From the NCBI GenBank assembly GCA_030390025.1, contig CM059431.1, positions 102,178,001-102,242,000 on the forward strand: a DNA stretch of 64,000 nt. The letters run 5' to 3'. The position numbers and the translations under genes are program-made. The notes under the pieces were generated by a model, which did not search any database, had not been told where the DNA came from, and saw only the letters and a program-made list of their open reading frames with translations. Below, piece by piece: positions 13,241 through 26,301 of this stretch; the stretch's first letter is position 1, and each line of letters begins with the position of its first letter. The DNA is from Squalus acanthias. Taxonomy: Eukaryota.

Positions 13241-14429
13241 CTTCACACAAAGGGGTAGTGGCAATCCGGAACTCTCCCAAAAAGCTGTTGAGGCTGGGGG
13301 TCAATTGAAAATTTCAAAACTGAGATTGGTGGATTTTTGTTGGGTAAAGGGTATTAAGGGTTACGGAAACAAGGCGGGTAGATGGAGTTAAGATACAGAT
13401 CAGTCATGATCTAACTGAATGGCGGAACAGGCCCGAGGGGCTGAATGGTCCCCTCCTGTTCTTATGTTCCTATCGGTAAAGGAGGAGGTGGTAGATTGGG
13501 GACATTACAATGGCTGCTGTTCCCATTTTGTATTAAGAGAAACACATTCAGTGATCATTCAAGATCCAAATCAGCAAAGGCCTTTCCTATGCATATGAAG
13601 ATTAAGTTTCCAGCCAGTCAATTTTTTAAAGCATATTATATATTAGTCGAAATCCTGGCGAAATGTTGCACAGGGAGAGTCAAGACCAAGTGAAGACTTT
13701 GGGTGAGGCAGGGTTAGAGGGCAAGGGATAATTGGACCAGTGCGCACAGATGCAATTCAGTCACCATTTTAAAGCCATGCATTCTATCCATATTTTTACA
13801 TATTTGGTTTCAATATGATTATTTATCATTAAACAGCAAAATGTCCGGCGATTTGAGAAGCAGGAAAGCGGAGTTGGTTGGAGCAAAAGATTTTCCCGCA
13901 GGAGCTGGGAGACACAGAACAGCGGCACTTCGACTACTGGTGAGAAGGTGCAATTACAGCGTGACTGACGCGTTTACAATATAAAGGCGGACAGAGGAAT
14001 TTATAATGAAAAAATTGACAGGAAGTGTGCACAGATTTAAGGTTTTTAAAATTATTACTAGTCAAATTGCTGCAGTGCTGCCCACGGTAAGTCAAGGCGG
14101 TAGTCTTCAGCTGAAGGGGGGGGTGGTGTTAAAGGGTAGGGGATCATTGGACCACGATGGATGAATGTAATTCAGTCCCAGTTTTAAAGTCATACATTGC
14201 AACTGTATTTTTTAAAATATATTTTCCATTATCCCCTATTTATATTACAGAATTGTTTTTACTTGAAACACATCAGCAGTTGCTTCCGAGTCACAATTGC
14301 AGCTTTCATTTGCTGGCCACAATCCATGCCCAAAGCCAGAGGAAGGCCCCCTTGTGAATGAGCAATGTAACAAAAAAAATCACATAGAGGTGGACTCAAC
14401 CACTCATGGTCTGAAATAATGGCAGGGCC

Positions 14430-14940
14430 TAATGACACAACAGGGAGCTACTGAAGGTTGGTAGTGCCGGCAGAAACCACGGGGTGGTATCTTGGCCGAC
14501 CAAGGTTTGTATTTGGAGGTTCTTCCATCGTACGGATAACCTCTGGAACAGGCTGCGGACTTGTGCGGCGGACGCCGATTGGCTGAATTCCTGCAAGCGA
14601 GAGCTGGACTTGTTTCTGGCGGAGGCGGAGATCACCCGGTATAAAAGGTAGGCGCTGCATTGAATGATCGGGGTCAGAGTGATCTCCTGGACTAGTTTTG
14701 ATCACCTAGGTGGGGTTGGCTAGGAATTTCCCAGATTTTTGTTCTCCCCGCGTGCCGCCCCCCCACCCCCCCCAAATTGGCCTGGGATTTTAATATGGTT
14801 TTTCACCTCTCCCAGGAGAACACATAGTTTGGGGTGGGGTGGAGTGTATATGTTGTGATACACAAGGTACCGCAATTGTGTGGGACAGGCTGGATGGACC
14901 AGAGGGTCTTTTCCTGTCCGTCATTGTCTGTATTTTCGTA
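14430..14940 (+). mobile_element. Old, divergent CR1-like 3' end with a long 3'UTR (different lineage)
   Basis: Decayed FFHRTDNLWNRL and CKRELDLFL; tail ggacaggctggatggaccagagggtcttttcctgtcc. Confidence 0.6.
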
Positions 14941-15672
14941 ATAGAGTACTTAAGTGTACTCGCACTGAAATAGAACTCTCACCTGCCATCTTTTGTGTTG
15001 TTATATGCCCGGTAACCAAACAATAAAACAGCTATTCTCCTCACCAACTACTGTCCATCACCATGTTGCAATAACAATCATTTGTTCCAGATTTTTAATA
15101 GTGTAAATCAGCAAATATGAGAAAATGATTAGCAGTGAAGATACTTGGTCAGGAAGCGTTAAATGCACAAGTCTTCACTGACGAGCAAGTTAAGCAGTTG
15201 CCAAAAGAAAGGGTGACATGTTTATACAGCAACCAGCAGTTCAGAAAGTATGTAAGACTTAAAAATATAAATCCGCATATGCGAGAAAACAAATGATAAA
15301 AGATCTCATGCATACATTCAGAACATCATTATTCAAAAGTTAATAAGCAGTTTTGACCCAACATGCGTTAACATTCGCCAAGCTAAGGGCTGCTGCAATA
15401 ATGTGCAGCCACAAGATCTTATTCATTACATGCTTTAGTAATCAAAATCTCAGGGAAAAAAGAGAGAAAGTGCATTAAACAGACAGTATCTATCCTGTTA
15501 ACCTCGCTGGTCTTTATCGCAAAACTCACAGCTCCGGTGCCGAACGTTCTTCAGATCAACAAACCCTTTATGTCTTGACGTATCACGGGAAGCTGCCCTG
15601 ACAGGTTACGCTACATGTGACGGTTGCGGAAAGAGGGGAATTAAACACGGAGGCTGAAGTGCCACTGTGACC

Positions 15673-15949
15673 TAGTGTTGCCAACTCTGCTTGGACGCAT
15701 TCCTGGGGGTTACATGACCTCCCGCCTCAACCCTCCAACCGCCCCACCCGGCCAAACAGCCTTTTCCACCCGCCCCCCCAACACTTTTATAACTAATAAA
15801 GAAGTGTTCAAAGAAAATGAGGGAAAAAAAACATTTTTTTAATGCCCCCTATGATTTTTCTCCTGGGTTTTTGCTCCCCGCAGTGTCCAGGAGATCAATC
15901 TTCAATTCCTGGAGACTCCAGGGCAATCCTGGGGAGGGTTGGCAACCTG
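15673..15949 (+). mobile_element. hAT-like non-autonomous DNA element (MITE)
   Basis: Imperfect TIRs tagtgttgccaactct ... agggttggcaacctg; related copies at about 43492-43777 and 46888-47814. Confidence 0.65.
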
Positions 15950-16675
15950 AACTTCGACCCTCGGTGCAAGTCTGGCGTAACTACCAGAGGGGGAGGGGTG
16001 GGGTCAGATCTCGGGTCACCTGGGATTCAGCCCCATGGAGGTGGAGGATGAGGCCAGGAAATTCCGGTGGGGAAGGATCTCGGGCTGTTCATCATCTGTC
16101 TGCTTCCTAACGTCAAGGGGTATGTCGGGGTGGGGGAATGGGGGGGGGGGGGAGACATTCTACATTTCCCGGGAAAATGCTGCAGAGTGCGCCAACCGAC
16201 AGGACCAACCTGAACCCACACCTGCTGAAAGCGGGCATTGGGTTCCGTGATGCGCCTTCCTAAAAGACCTTGGGGATGAGATAATTGATCCCAGAGGTGA
16301 AACGGAGAGCTCCTCCTTTGAGAGCTCAAGACTTTCCTCAGGCGGTTTCCCTTCCCGGGCCTCCTCTGCTGCAGGCCGTTGAGGTGCTCAGATCTTCCAG
16401 ACCTTTGCTGGACACCCACCCTGACCTTGCTAATGACCTGGTCCCCACAATTTGGGACAGGGCCCGCGTTGCTGGAAACTGGCAGAATCTGCCAGATTCC
16501 CACCAGTGGTGTAAGGAGCCATCAGAAATGTGGGCCCCATGATCTTTACGCTACTAATCCCTTCTTGTCATTGGGAGATCTGTTCCCTCAGGGCAGACCA
16601 AAACCTAGGGTTGAGGCAAACTTTAGGCCCAAATTTCAGCTGATTAAAGTTTGAGCCATTTGGCAGAACGGGGAC

Positions 16676-17346
16676 TAAGAACTTAAGAATTAGGAGCAGG
16701 AGTCGGCCACACGGCCCCTCGAGCCTGCTCCGCCACACGGCCCCTTGAGCCTGCTCCGCCCCACGGCCCCTCGATCCTGCTCCGCCACACGGCCCCTCGA
16801 GCCTGCCCCGCCACACGGCCCCTCGAGCCTGCTCCGCCATTCAATCAGATCATGGCTGATCTTCGACCTCAATTCCACTTTCCCGCCTGATCTCCATATC
16901 CCTTGATTCCCCTAGAGTCCAAAAATCTATTGATCTGAGCCTTGAATATACTCAAAGACTCAGCATCCACAGCCCTCTGGGGCGGAGAATTCCAAAGATT
17001 CACAACCCTCTGAGTGAAGAAATTCCTCCTCATCTCAGTCTTAAATGGCCGACCCCTTATCCTGAGACTGTGACCCCTAGTTCTAGACACTCCAGCCAGG
17101 GGCGAAACAACCTCTCAGCATCTCCCGTCAATCCCCTTCAGAATCTTGTATGTTTCAATGAGATCACCTCTCATTCTTCTGAACTCCAGAGAGTATAGGC
17201 CCATTCTACACAATCTCTCATCATAGGACAGCCCTCTCATCCCAGGAATCAATTTAGTGAACCTTCGTTGCACCGCCTCCAAGGCAAGTACATCCTTCCT
17301 TCGATAAGGAGACCAAAACTGTGCACAGTACTCCAGGTGCGGTCTC
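16676..17346 (-). mobile_element. CR1 LINE 3' fragment with an internal 26-bp x5 tandem expansion (16707-16836) in its 3'UTR
   Basis: RPHLEYCAQFWSPY...RRMRGDLIETYKIL; unit ccacacggcccctcgagcctgctccg. Confidence 0.9.
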
Positions 17347-18753
17347 GACTGAGATTGGCTGGATTCAGACAGTGGATCCATATTATTCCCAATCGGGTCA
17401 GTCCTACCCCCAGCGGAATTCTTCCTATTCCCATTGGCTTGGAACTCGAGTGAACTTGAAGAGGGAACAGCAATTGCAGCTCTTGGATTGGCTGGAAAGG
17501 GGAAGGGTCATATGGCAAAGGATTAAATCCTGAAAAATATTTTTTTTAATGTATGCTGTGCTAATAAACTAAATAGCTGCTGCTGATCCCTACAGTGTAG
17601 TTTGTTTTGAGAAGACTGGGCTTTGTGAAAGAGATGCATGCATCCGTTAAACTGATTTAAAAAACTATGTGTAGATCAACAAAAGGAATACCGTCTCCTT
17701 AAAGCACGTTCCTCTCCAGGTGAAGCAGTGATCCCGTTAATAAAAGAAAAGTTACAGTGCAACACACCTTTGTTTCTCTGGACACGGCCGTTACCAACTC
17801 TTACCAAAGAGCCGGCGCAGGCACGATGGGCTGAATGGCCTCTTTCTGTGCTGGATCATTCTACTCCCCCCTACTGCCGAATACAGGTAATTCCCCGGTT
17901 CACCCAGCCCACCTTCATCTTAACAGGATCACTTGCCTTAAAGCACGCGCTTGTGTGTACAAACAATTTGCATTATGGAGACAGAACATTCAGATAGCAT
18001 TTCAAACAGAGCAAGAACAGCCCAACATGCATTGAAAGCCAGGACAGAGTAAGAGGAGCTGTTTCAAAGATACATGCTGACAGAACGACAGTATTTACAG
18101 TGCACAGAAAAAAACCAGCCTTTTGAATATTATTATATCCCCCTTACGGACAAATGACAAGAATGAGAATGAAACCCTAACTGCCGCTAGTAAAAAAAAA
18201 AGAGGCTTTGCTTTTTGATAAGATTCGATTCTTGCCCAGCATCAGTACGATTGAATTCTAAGTTAGAAGCGGAGCTGATTTGATTGTGCGTCTCCCAGCT
18301 TTTTGTGCAAATAACTTGGGAAAAGGGAGAAAAAAAATCTCACGGGAAGCAGAACAATCATCTATTCGACTCAGAAAAAGACAGACTTGCATTTCTATAG
18401 CGCCTTTCACGACCACCGGACGTCCCAAAGCGCTTTACAGCCAATGAAGTACTTTGTGAAGTGCAGTCGCTGTTGTGATGTAGGAAAACGACCGAACAGA
18501 TCGGCAACATTTTACGGCACCGCACCTATCTTTGATCTTTAAAGAGAACCGCGCTTAGCAACACATCCAACTGTTCTTGGGAATATCATGTAGGGGAGTG
18601 AGTGACTTATTAATGGAGTCAAGCAGGGAGCAATGGCTTTCTTCAGTCAGTCTGACAGACGGGGGCTGGGGTGAAACTCGGAAGGCATCGCATCCTATTA
18701 CTCACATGATTCAGGCAACAAATTACGGTCTGAGTATTATTTCCACCTGGCAC

Positions 18754-19013
18754 CACTGCCGGCAGAGTGCGGCTCTAACCACCGCCGGCAGAGTGCGGCT
18801 CTAACCGCCGCCGGCAGAGTGCGGCTCTAACCGCCGTCGGCAGAGTGCGGCTCTAACCGCCGCCGGCAGAGTGCGGCTCTAACCGCCGCCGGCAGAGTGC
18901 GGCTCTAACCGCCGCCGGCAGAGTGCGGCTCTAACCGCCGCCGGCAGAGTGCGGCTCTAACCGCCGCCGGCAGAGTGCGGCTCTAACCGCCGCCGGCAGA
19001 GTGCGGCTCTAAC
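18754..19013. repeat. GC-rich 26-bp minisatellite x10 (cgccgccggcagagtgcggctctaac)
   Basis: Counted directly: 260 bp, near-perfect units, no spacers. Confidence 0.95.
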
Positions 19014-19389
19014 CACTCAGAAATCCGCGTTTGAAAGTGCACCAGGAAGGAAGTCATGAATATTCATTTGGAGACTCTCAACGTCCTATTAGTGCCGGCT
19101 AATTAATATTTGTAATTTAAATGCACTTTCGCATCGGAATTCCAACAGAGTTGCAAAATGACCTCAAGTAGGGCAGGATCTATATAGAAATTGGTTTCCT
19201 CATGTTTTAAGATCACGAGACTTTGGAGGGGGGGGGGGGGTGGAGAAGAGAGGCAAAGTGCTTTGAAAATACAGCACTAAAGCTGTTGGAAACCTCTGGG
19301 CCATCAAGATTAGAGTTGGTCAAGTGTAATTATTTTAATAGGAAGGAATTAATTTCCGTATAATAATACCCATATAAAGATAGCTATAG

Positions 19390-19990
19390 CAACATAGAAA
19401 CAGGAGGAGGCCATTCAGCCCCTCGAGCCTATTCCACCATTCAACTGGATCATGGCTGATCTGTATCTTAACTCCATCTACCCGCCTTGGTTCCGTAACC
19501 CTTAATACCCTTTGCCTAACAAAAATCTATCAATCTCAATTGACCCCCAGCCTCAACAGCTTTTTGGGGGCAAGAGTTCCAGATTTCCACCACCCTTTGT
19601 GTGCAGAAGTGCTTCCTGACATCACCCCTGAACGGCCTGGCTCTAGTTTTAAGGTGATGCCCCCTTGTTCTGGGCATCCTATCACAACAACTTGCATTTA
19701 TATAGCACCTTTAATGTAGTAAAATGTCCCAAGACGCTTCACAGGAGTAGATATTAGGCCAGTTGACCAAAAGCTTGGTCAAAGAGGTAGGTTTTAAGGA
19801 GCAACTTAAAGGAGGAAAGGGAGGTAGAGAGGCGGAGAGGTTTAGGGAGGGAATTCCAGAGCTTGGGGCCCAGGCAGCTGAAGGCACGGCCGCCAATGGT
19901 GGAGGGATGGAAACCAGGGATGCGCAAGAGGCCAGAATTGGAGGAGCGCAGAGATCTCGGAGGGTTGTAGGGCTGGAGGAGGTTAGAGAG
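19390..19990 (-). mobile_element. Adjacent CR1 3' end (19390-19672) and L2 3' fragment (19686-19990)
   Basis: Matches family sequences seen elsewhere in the window. Confidence 0.8.
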
Positions 19991-20309
19991 ATATATTGAC
20001 ACAACAGTGCAGAGAATGTTCCTGAACCATCCAGTTAAAATAAAATATGCTCCTGTGCGCCAGTTTAACACAGGCCCAATTGCTGGGAAGATAGTGCAAC
20101 TGCACAGCTTCTACTGGAGGGGTTAAAAATATACCGATTGGCATCAATGCAGTCTAAGGGCGTGGCCTCATGTCCTGTAGCTTTATTCTGAACACTGGTC
20201 CTATGGTGTCACAATTTGCGTCGGGAAATGGGTGGATAGATTATTTACAGTGAAAATTCTCAAAAATATCTTCATAGGTTATCGTGGAAAGATTAGATAG
20301 AATTTACAG

Positions 20310-20897
20310 AAACAGGAGGTTATGATGGAGCTGTACAAAACGCTAGTTAGGCCACAGCTGGAATATTGTGTGCAGTTCTGGTCGCCACACTATAGGAAGG
20401 ATGTGATTGCATTGGAGAGGGTGCAGAGGAGATTCACCAGGATGTTACCTGGGCTGGAGCGCTTCAGCTATGAAGAGAGACTGGACAGGCTGGGGTTGTT
20501 TTTCTTCAAGCAGAGAAGGCTGAGGGAGGACCTGATTGAGGTGTACAAAATTATGAGAGGCATAGATAGGGTAGATAGAAAGGAACTTTTCCCCTTAGTA
20601 GAGGGGTCAATAACCAGGGGGCATAGTTTCAAGGTAAGGGGCAGGAGGTTTAGAGGGGATTTGAGGAAAAACTTTTTCACCCAGAGGGTGGTTGGAATCT
20701 GGAACTCACTGCCTGAAAGGATGGTAGAGGCAGGAACCCTCACAACATTCAAGAAACATTTAGATGAGCACTTGAAACGCCATAGCATACAAGGCTACGG
20801 ACCAAGTGCTGGAAAATGGGGTTAGAATAGACGGGGCTTGATGGCCGGTGCAGACACGATGGGCCGAAGGGCCTCTTTCTGTGCTGTATAACTCTAT
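20310..20897 (+). mobile_element. CR1 LINE 3' fragment (ORF 20322-20825)
   Basis: LYKTLVRPQLEYCVQFWSPHYRKDVIALERVQRRFTRMLPGL... Confidence 0.92.
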
Positions 20898-21594
20898 GGG
20901 CTGGATTTTGATACTGGGGCGGGTTGGGGTCGTGTTATCCACTTTTCATGTTATCCACCCGACTGCAATTGGATGTGGGAGATTGATGCAATTTTCACCT
21001 AATTGGGCAATTGAGTTCCAGCATGTGGGAACCCATGAACCAATTAGTGTTTTCAGTCTGAAAGTCGCCTCTGATGATGTCATCATTGCTGCTGCATTGA
21101 AGATCTTCAGAGACTGCCTGGCCTTTGCTGTGAGAGGACCTGGATGTTTTGTGTGTGTGTGTGTGTGTGAGAGAGTGAGAGTGAGAGAGAATTTTTTTTT
21201 TCCACCAGCACTCCTAGATATGTCTCCTCCACCACTCCCAGATGCCTGCCAGCCACTCACTCACTGATAGTCAGCCTAGCCACTGATAGTCAGCTATCCA
21301 AATGTGCTCCCGCCAGGTTTCACAATCGTGGTTCAGAACAGGCGTGCTTCACGTAGAACAAGGGTTAAAATCACAAAGGCCTTTCAAAATGGCATTATGG
21401 AGCCAATTTAGTGCTTGTTAAGGGCCTTCACAGCCTATCCCGCCTCTTAAAGGTGGGACGCAGTCCGGACCAGCAGACACGATTTAATGAAAATTGCGTG
21501 GAGGCGGACTTGTGCCCGCCCTGCCAGTTTTTGCAATTTTAACCCCCCCACACGTCTCCAAACCCGCCTCCACGGGTCAATGAAAATCCAGCCC
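20898..21594. mobile_element. PIF/Harbinger-type MITE
   Basis: TIR gggctggatttt ... aaaatccagccc with 3-bp TSD tat/tat, inserted in the (actctatg)n tail of the CR1. Confidence 0.85.
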
Positions 21595-22545
21595 TATGAC
21601 TCTATGAGGCCATTCAGCCCCTCAGGTCTGTGCTGGTGTTTCTGCTCCACACGAGCCTCCTCCCACCCTTACTTCATTCTCACCCTATCAGCGTATCCTT
21701 CTCTTCCTTCCCCCCACCCCTCGTGTACTTATCTAGCTGCCCCTTACTCCGCAGTTTAAAAGCGGGCAAATGGAGTTGAGGTACAGGTCAGCCATGTTCT
21801 GATCGCATGGTGGGACAGGCTCGAGGAGCTGAATGGCCTCCTCTCGTTCCTATGAGGCATTATCCAATCATCTCAACGTACGGGTCTGAGCTGGAGGAGC
21901 AAACCTGTCAGAAAGAGCATGTCTCGTGTACCACTTGGTTGGAAAATATGTCCATTTATTAACCAGGATCTGGTAGTTTCTTATGCTGCTGGACCTTTAC
22001 TCTTCACACATTCAGTCCTGCGAATCGGATTCTTCACCCAGGTTTAGCAGTGCAGACCCATAGTCTAAACACATAATCCAGGTATTATTGATTAACAGGT
22101 TTGTTTTTTTAAAAAGAGGACTATCTACCAAACAGGGGACTTGAGGAGAATCATTTCTCCGAAGCTGGTTTTTGTTAGTTTCTTCCTGTTTCAGGAATAA
22201 TATGGCACCTTTCAAATAACTACAGGAGCTGCAGAAAACTCTAGCCACTGATTCCAGTGCCGCGTTGGACAATGATTACCTGCCATAGCTATCCCCCCAC
22301 TCTGTTGTTTTATTTACAGTGTTAGTTTTTTGCCAAATGCAATTTCGCCTCTGCCTCTATGAATAAGCCAGTAGAAAAACAGGCCTTTGATGACGCAATC
22401 TAACATATTAATTTGTCAGCTTGCCAAGTCAACAGTTTCAGAGTTCCAAGATGTCACCAAATGAGCTCCTCTTGTACTTCCTACGTTGGACATGTGACTG
22501 AGCAGCCTATCTTCCAACAGGTACGGGGGTGGGGGGGGGCGGTGA

Positions 22546-22720
22546 GGGTCATTTTAACCTACACACTGGGCGAGAGACCCATGGGATCGGGCGGAACGAT
22601 GGCTTCACACTCCGCTCGATATTACTCTCCACTGACTTCAATCAGATGGGGTGTAAAACCGGCGTTGCGCCCGTTCCGATCAGTTTCCCCACGGGCGGGT
22701 GAGGTTAAAATTGACGCCCC
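22546..22720. mobile_element. Short palindromic MITE (Harbinger-like)
   Basis: gggtcattttaacct ... aggttaaaattgacgccc imperfect TIRs. Confidence 0.55.
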
Positions 22721-22807
22721 TTTACTCGCTGTTTACCTTCATTCCCAGTTTTCTCTCTTCCTCCCTGAAGATGCTGCAGCACGGTTTCACGAGCATCAAC
22801 CACCCTC

Positions 22808-23441
22808 TGGTATGTTTAGCCTTTATTACAAGAGGATTTGAGTATAAGAGTAAAGACGTCTTACTGCAATTATATAGGGCCCTGGTGAGACCACACCTGG
22901 AGTATTGCGTACAGTTTTAGTCTCCTTACCTAAGGAATAATTTACTTGCCTTAGAGGGAGTGCAACGAATCATTAGACTGATTCCTGGGATGAGAGGATT
23001 GTCCTATGAGGAGAGATTGAGTAGACTAGACCTATATTATCTAGAGTTTAGAAGAATGAGAGGTGATCTCATTGAAACGTGTAAAATTCTTAAAGGGCTT
23101 GTGACAGGGTGGATGCAGGGAGGATGTTTCCCCTGGCTGGGGAGTCTAGAACCAGGGGTCACAGTCTCAGGATAAGCGGTCGGCCATTTAGGACTGAGAT
23201 GAGGAGAAATTTCTTCACTCAGAGGGTGGTGAATCTTTGGAATTCTCTACCCCAGAGGGCTGTGGCGGCTCAGTCGTTGAGTATATTCAAGACAGAGATC
23301 GATAGATTTTTGAATGTTAAGGGAATGAAGGGATATGGGGATAGTGCAGGAAAGTGGAGATGAGGTCGAAGATCAGCCATGATCTTATTGAATGGCGGAG
23401 CAGGCTCGAGGGGCCGTATGGCCGACTCCTGCTCTTATGTT
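22808..23441 (+). mobile_element. CR1 LINE 3' fragment
   Basis: FITRGFEYKSKDVLLQLYRALVRPHLEYCVQF, frameshifted, with 3'UTR. Confidence 0.9.
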
Positions 23442-25518
23442 CTCTGCTACCTCACCAAAGTGGCCCATTCTTCATGGGGACAATTAAAGCATCTCCACAG
23501 CCATGCCAGCCGAGGTCAGCTATCTCATCAGGATTGAATCTGGGACCTTATGGTCCGTGTGGCTTGACACTACACCACCACATGGTGTGCATCTACACAG
23601 TAAGGCCTCCGGGAGCTCCAAAAACAATCTTTTCTAGGTTCAATCTCAGATACACTACTTCTTCAATGCAACTTGGAGGGCAGCCAACACTTCACACTCT
23701 CAACGAGCCAATGGGGAAGAGGGGGCAGGGGTGAGGCCAAAGCAACTGACGTGATCATATTTGGCCGGCATTTCCTATACCCAAGCCAGCCGCTGGATGT
23801 GGATAGGGTTCGGATTATCACCACCAAGACTGGTCACAAATAATAGCCCCATCATTATTAAATGCGCAACAGTGCGAGGCCAGGGGATGGTACAGAACAG
23901 CTGACCAGGAATAATATACCACAGCAGCAACTGGCAAATGCCAAGTCCTTTTGGAATCCCATACTTGAATGGGCATCGTACTCACTGCTGCACTCACGGG
24001 GTTCAAAGTTTTTATGTTTGCGACTGATGAAAAATATCAGATTCTGCCAGTTGGCAGGCCTCCTATAGTCCTAATGTTAACTGCTTTTCCCAATTCAAGA
24101 AAGTCTCTTCCTGTTTTTTTTGCTACTGAGCAGCCTATATAATAGACTCTGTGTAACCGCGCAGTTACTCCCGCTTCCAATCATTTTGTTTCGGGCCAAT
24201 GACTCACTCCAGTGCTTTCGACGCTCCTGGAATGTGACTCGAGCTGCTGAGGTTTACGCGACCGTATTTCCTTTTAATTTCCAGGAAAGGCACTGCAACT
24301 AAATTTAGTCCTGGCAAGTGGGGTGGGGGAGGGACAAAGAAAGAGAAGGATTTAACTTATTTCCATGTTGTGAGTGCTTAATTCGCCAGATTCAAATCAG
24401 CTCCCCCTTCCATTGAAAGACACCTTTTACCATCGCCGAAGAATACAAACCGCAGGACTGAAAGGGCAACGATGACACTTTGCCTATCAATTGGGGCATG
24501 CTTCTTTTATACAGCAACGGTGGGATCTGCTCTCCCCGTAAACGCTCGTGACGCTGAACTCGGACCCTTGTGAGCGGGCTCTCCGTATGACCCATCTTGC
24601 CGGAAGGGCGAAGCAGGTGATGGTGCGCCGCGGGCTGGTTTTACACTCGACGGCAAAGGACACTGGGCGGAGTGCGGTCGGGCGGAGTGCTGGTCCACCG
24701 TCGCCTCTTCTGCGCCAACGGTGAGGTGAATTCCACCCCCCTCCGTCTGAGGTCCCCGTGCGATGCCGGCCCCGAGACACACCAATACTCTAAAAGCTCA
24801 GCTTTCTAAAGCTGAAATATTTTTGATTCGATAAAATAAATTTCGTTAAAAAAAAAATCATATATTTACAATGTTTGAATTTTGAATTTTTTTTAAATTT
24901 AGATTTTGAATTTTCCTCCCTTTGAACGCTGTGGCCGTTGGCTGTGCTATTGAACTATCAGTAACATTGCTCGGAGGAGCTAGCTGTCATCATGTATTTT
25001 ATGCAAAATCTGTCAATGTAAAGTCATGAACAAGTTGCGAGATACTTTAGCCTAGGAGAACAGTTTTAAATCAACTTTCAATGAACTCTTTACCTTCAAA
25101 ATCAGTGGGCAATATGGTTTTGGCAGGACTATTTTGACACGATTATTGTGCGGCTACCCAGTTTACTAGACTTAGAAACTAATGTTCAATTTCACCCCAC
25201 AAGCTCACTTAATACTAACAATTACACAGGTAATCAAGTCACTTGTTAAAGATGTGTATATATTTATATACACATACAAAGACACACACACACACATAAA
25301 AAAGTACACAAAATTCTACGCTTCATCAGTCCTTTCAGGACCGCCAACCACTGTTATAAAAAATCTAGACCTACCTCAGTTCTGTCTAAATGCTTATTTC
25401 ACAAAATGATGTCAAATAAGTTCATTAGAAAGGATAAACCAAACTATTGCACAAACATTAATCATCGTTATTCTCATTCCACCCCTTTCCAACTAAACCA
25501 AACATCTGTTACCATTAG

Positions 25519-25521
25519 ATA

Positions 25522-25562
<41 letters not shown>
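25519..25562. repeat. (TA)n microsatellite
   Basis: Seen directly. Confidence 0.95.
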
Positions 25563-25564
<2 letters not shown>

Positions 25565-26301
25565 AAATATGAAGGCAATTACTTGACAGCCGAACACCCC
25601 TCAGTTATATTGGAAAACCCTTCACAGTCTGAAGTATAACTGAGGTCCTGCCAGTTTGTACTCAGCCCGTATACGCTGTGGTGTGGACGGTGGCCCCAAT
25701 GCTTCAAACACCAACTGAGAACAGCAGTGACAAACAACGTCGTAACCTAAGTTGTTTCTAGACTTCATCTTAGCTTTTAATTCCAAAGATGGACCCATCA
25801 CGAGTGGCATCTGGCTACTTCTAATAGGAGTCAACAGTTTAAGTTTCCTTTGTTAACTGTGATTCACTGCATCTTGCTTGGTATTTTTGGCAGTCCAATA
25901 TTTGTCTGCTATTTAACAGCTTACTTCAACTTTTTTTTTTAAGAAGTGAAACATTGAGTTTTGCCTTTTATCTCTCCTTCTTAAACAATTCTGTAAACAG
26001 CAACGTATAATCCACTTCCGATGTGGCCCCTGAACATTAATCCTTGTCGAGAAGCCTTTAAAATGTCGCTTTTCATTGTACATGAACACCAGTCAGTCTA
26101 ACTGTCCTGCAATGTCATCAATGGCAGCTGGCATAATATCAGAGATGTCACTTTGTCAATCAGAGAATGTCGTGGGATACTACAATAGAGCTCCCTAGTT
26201 TACGCCTGTTTTAGCATCAATGATAGCTTTAGCACAGGACTGCAACCAACTGTATACCGTTGATCAGAAACTGGACAGAGTTAGGAGACTGCTCAAAACT
26301 G

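Noticed and set aside
16027..16654. Overlapping 85-158 aa ORFs
   Set aside because: No recognisable domain or splice context; GC-rich, probably degraded DNA-transposon sequence.
18754..19013. CRISPR-like direct repeats
   Set aside because: Head-to-tail units without spacers, in a eukaryotic intron, with no cas genes.
1..26000. Downstream FARP1 exons (linker, DH, PH)
   Set aside because: I scanned the unique segments by eye and found no matching translation, including ORF 22012-22272. They probably lie beyond the window, but a divergent small exon could have been missed.
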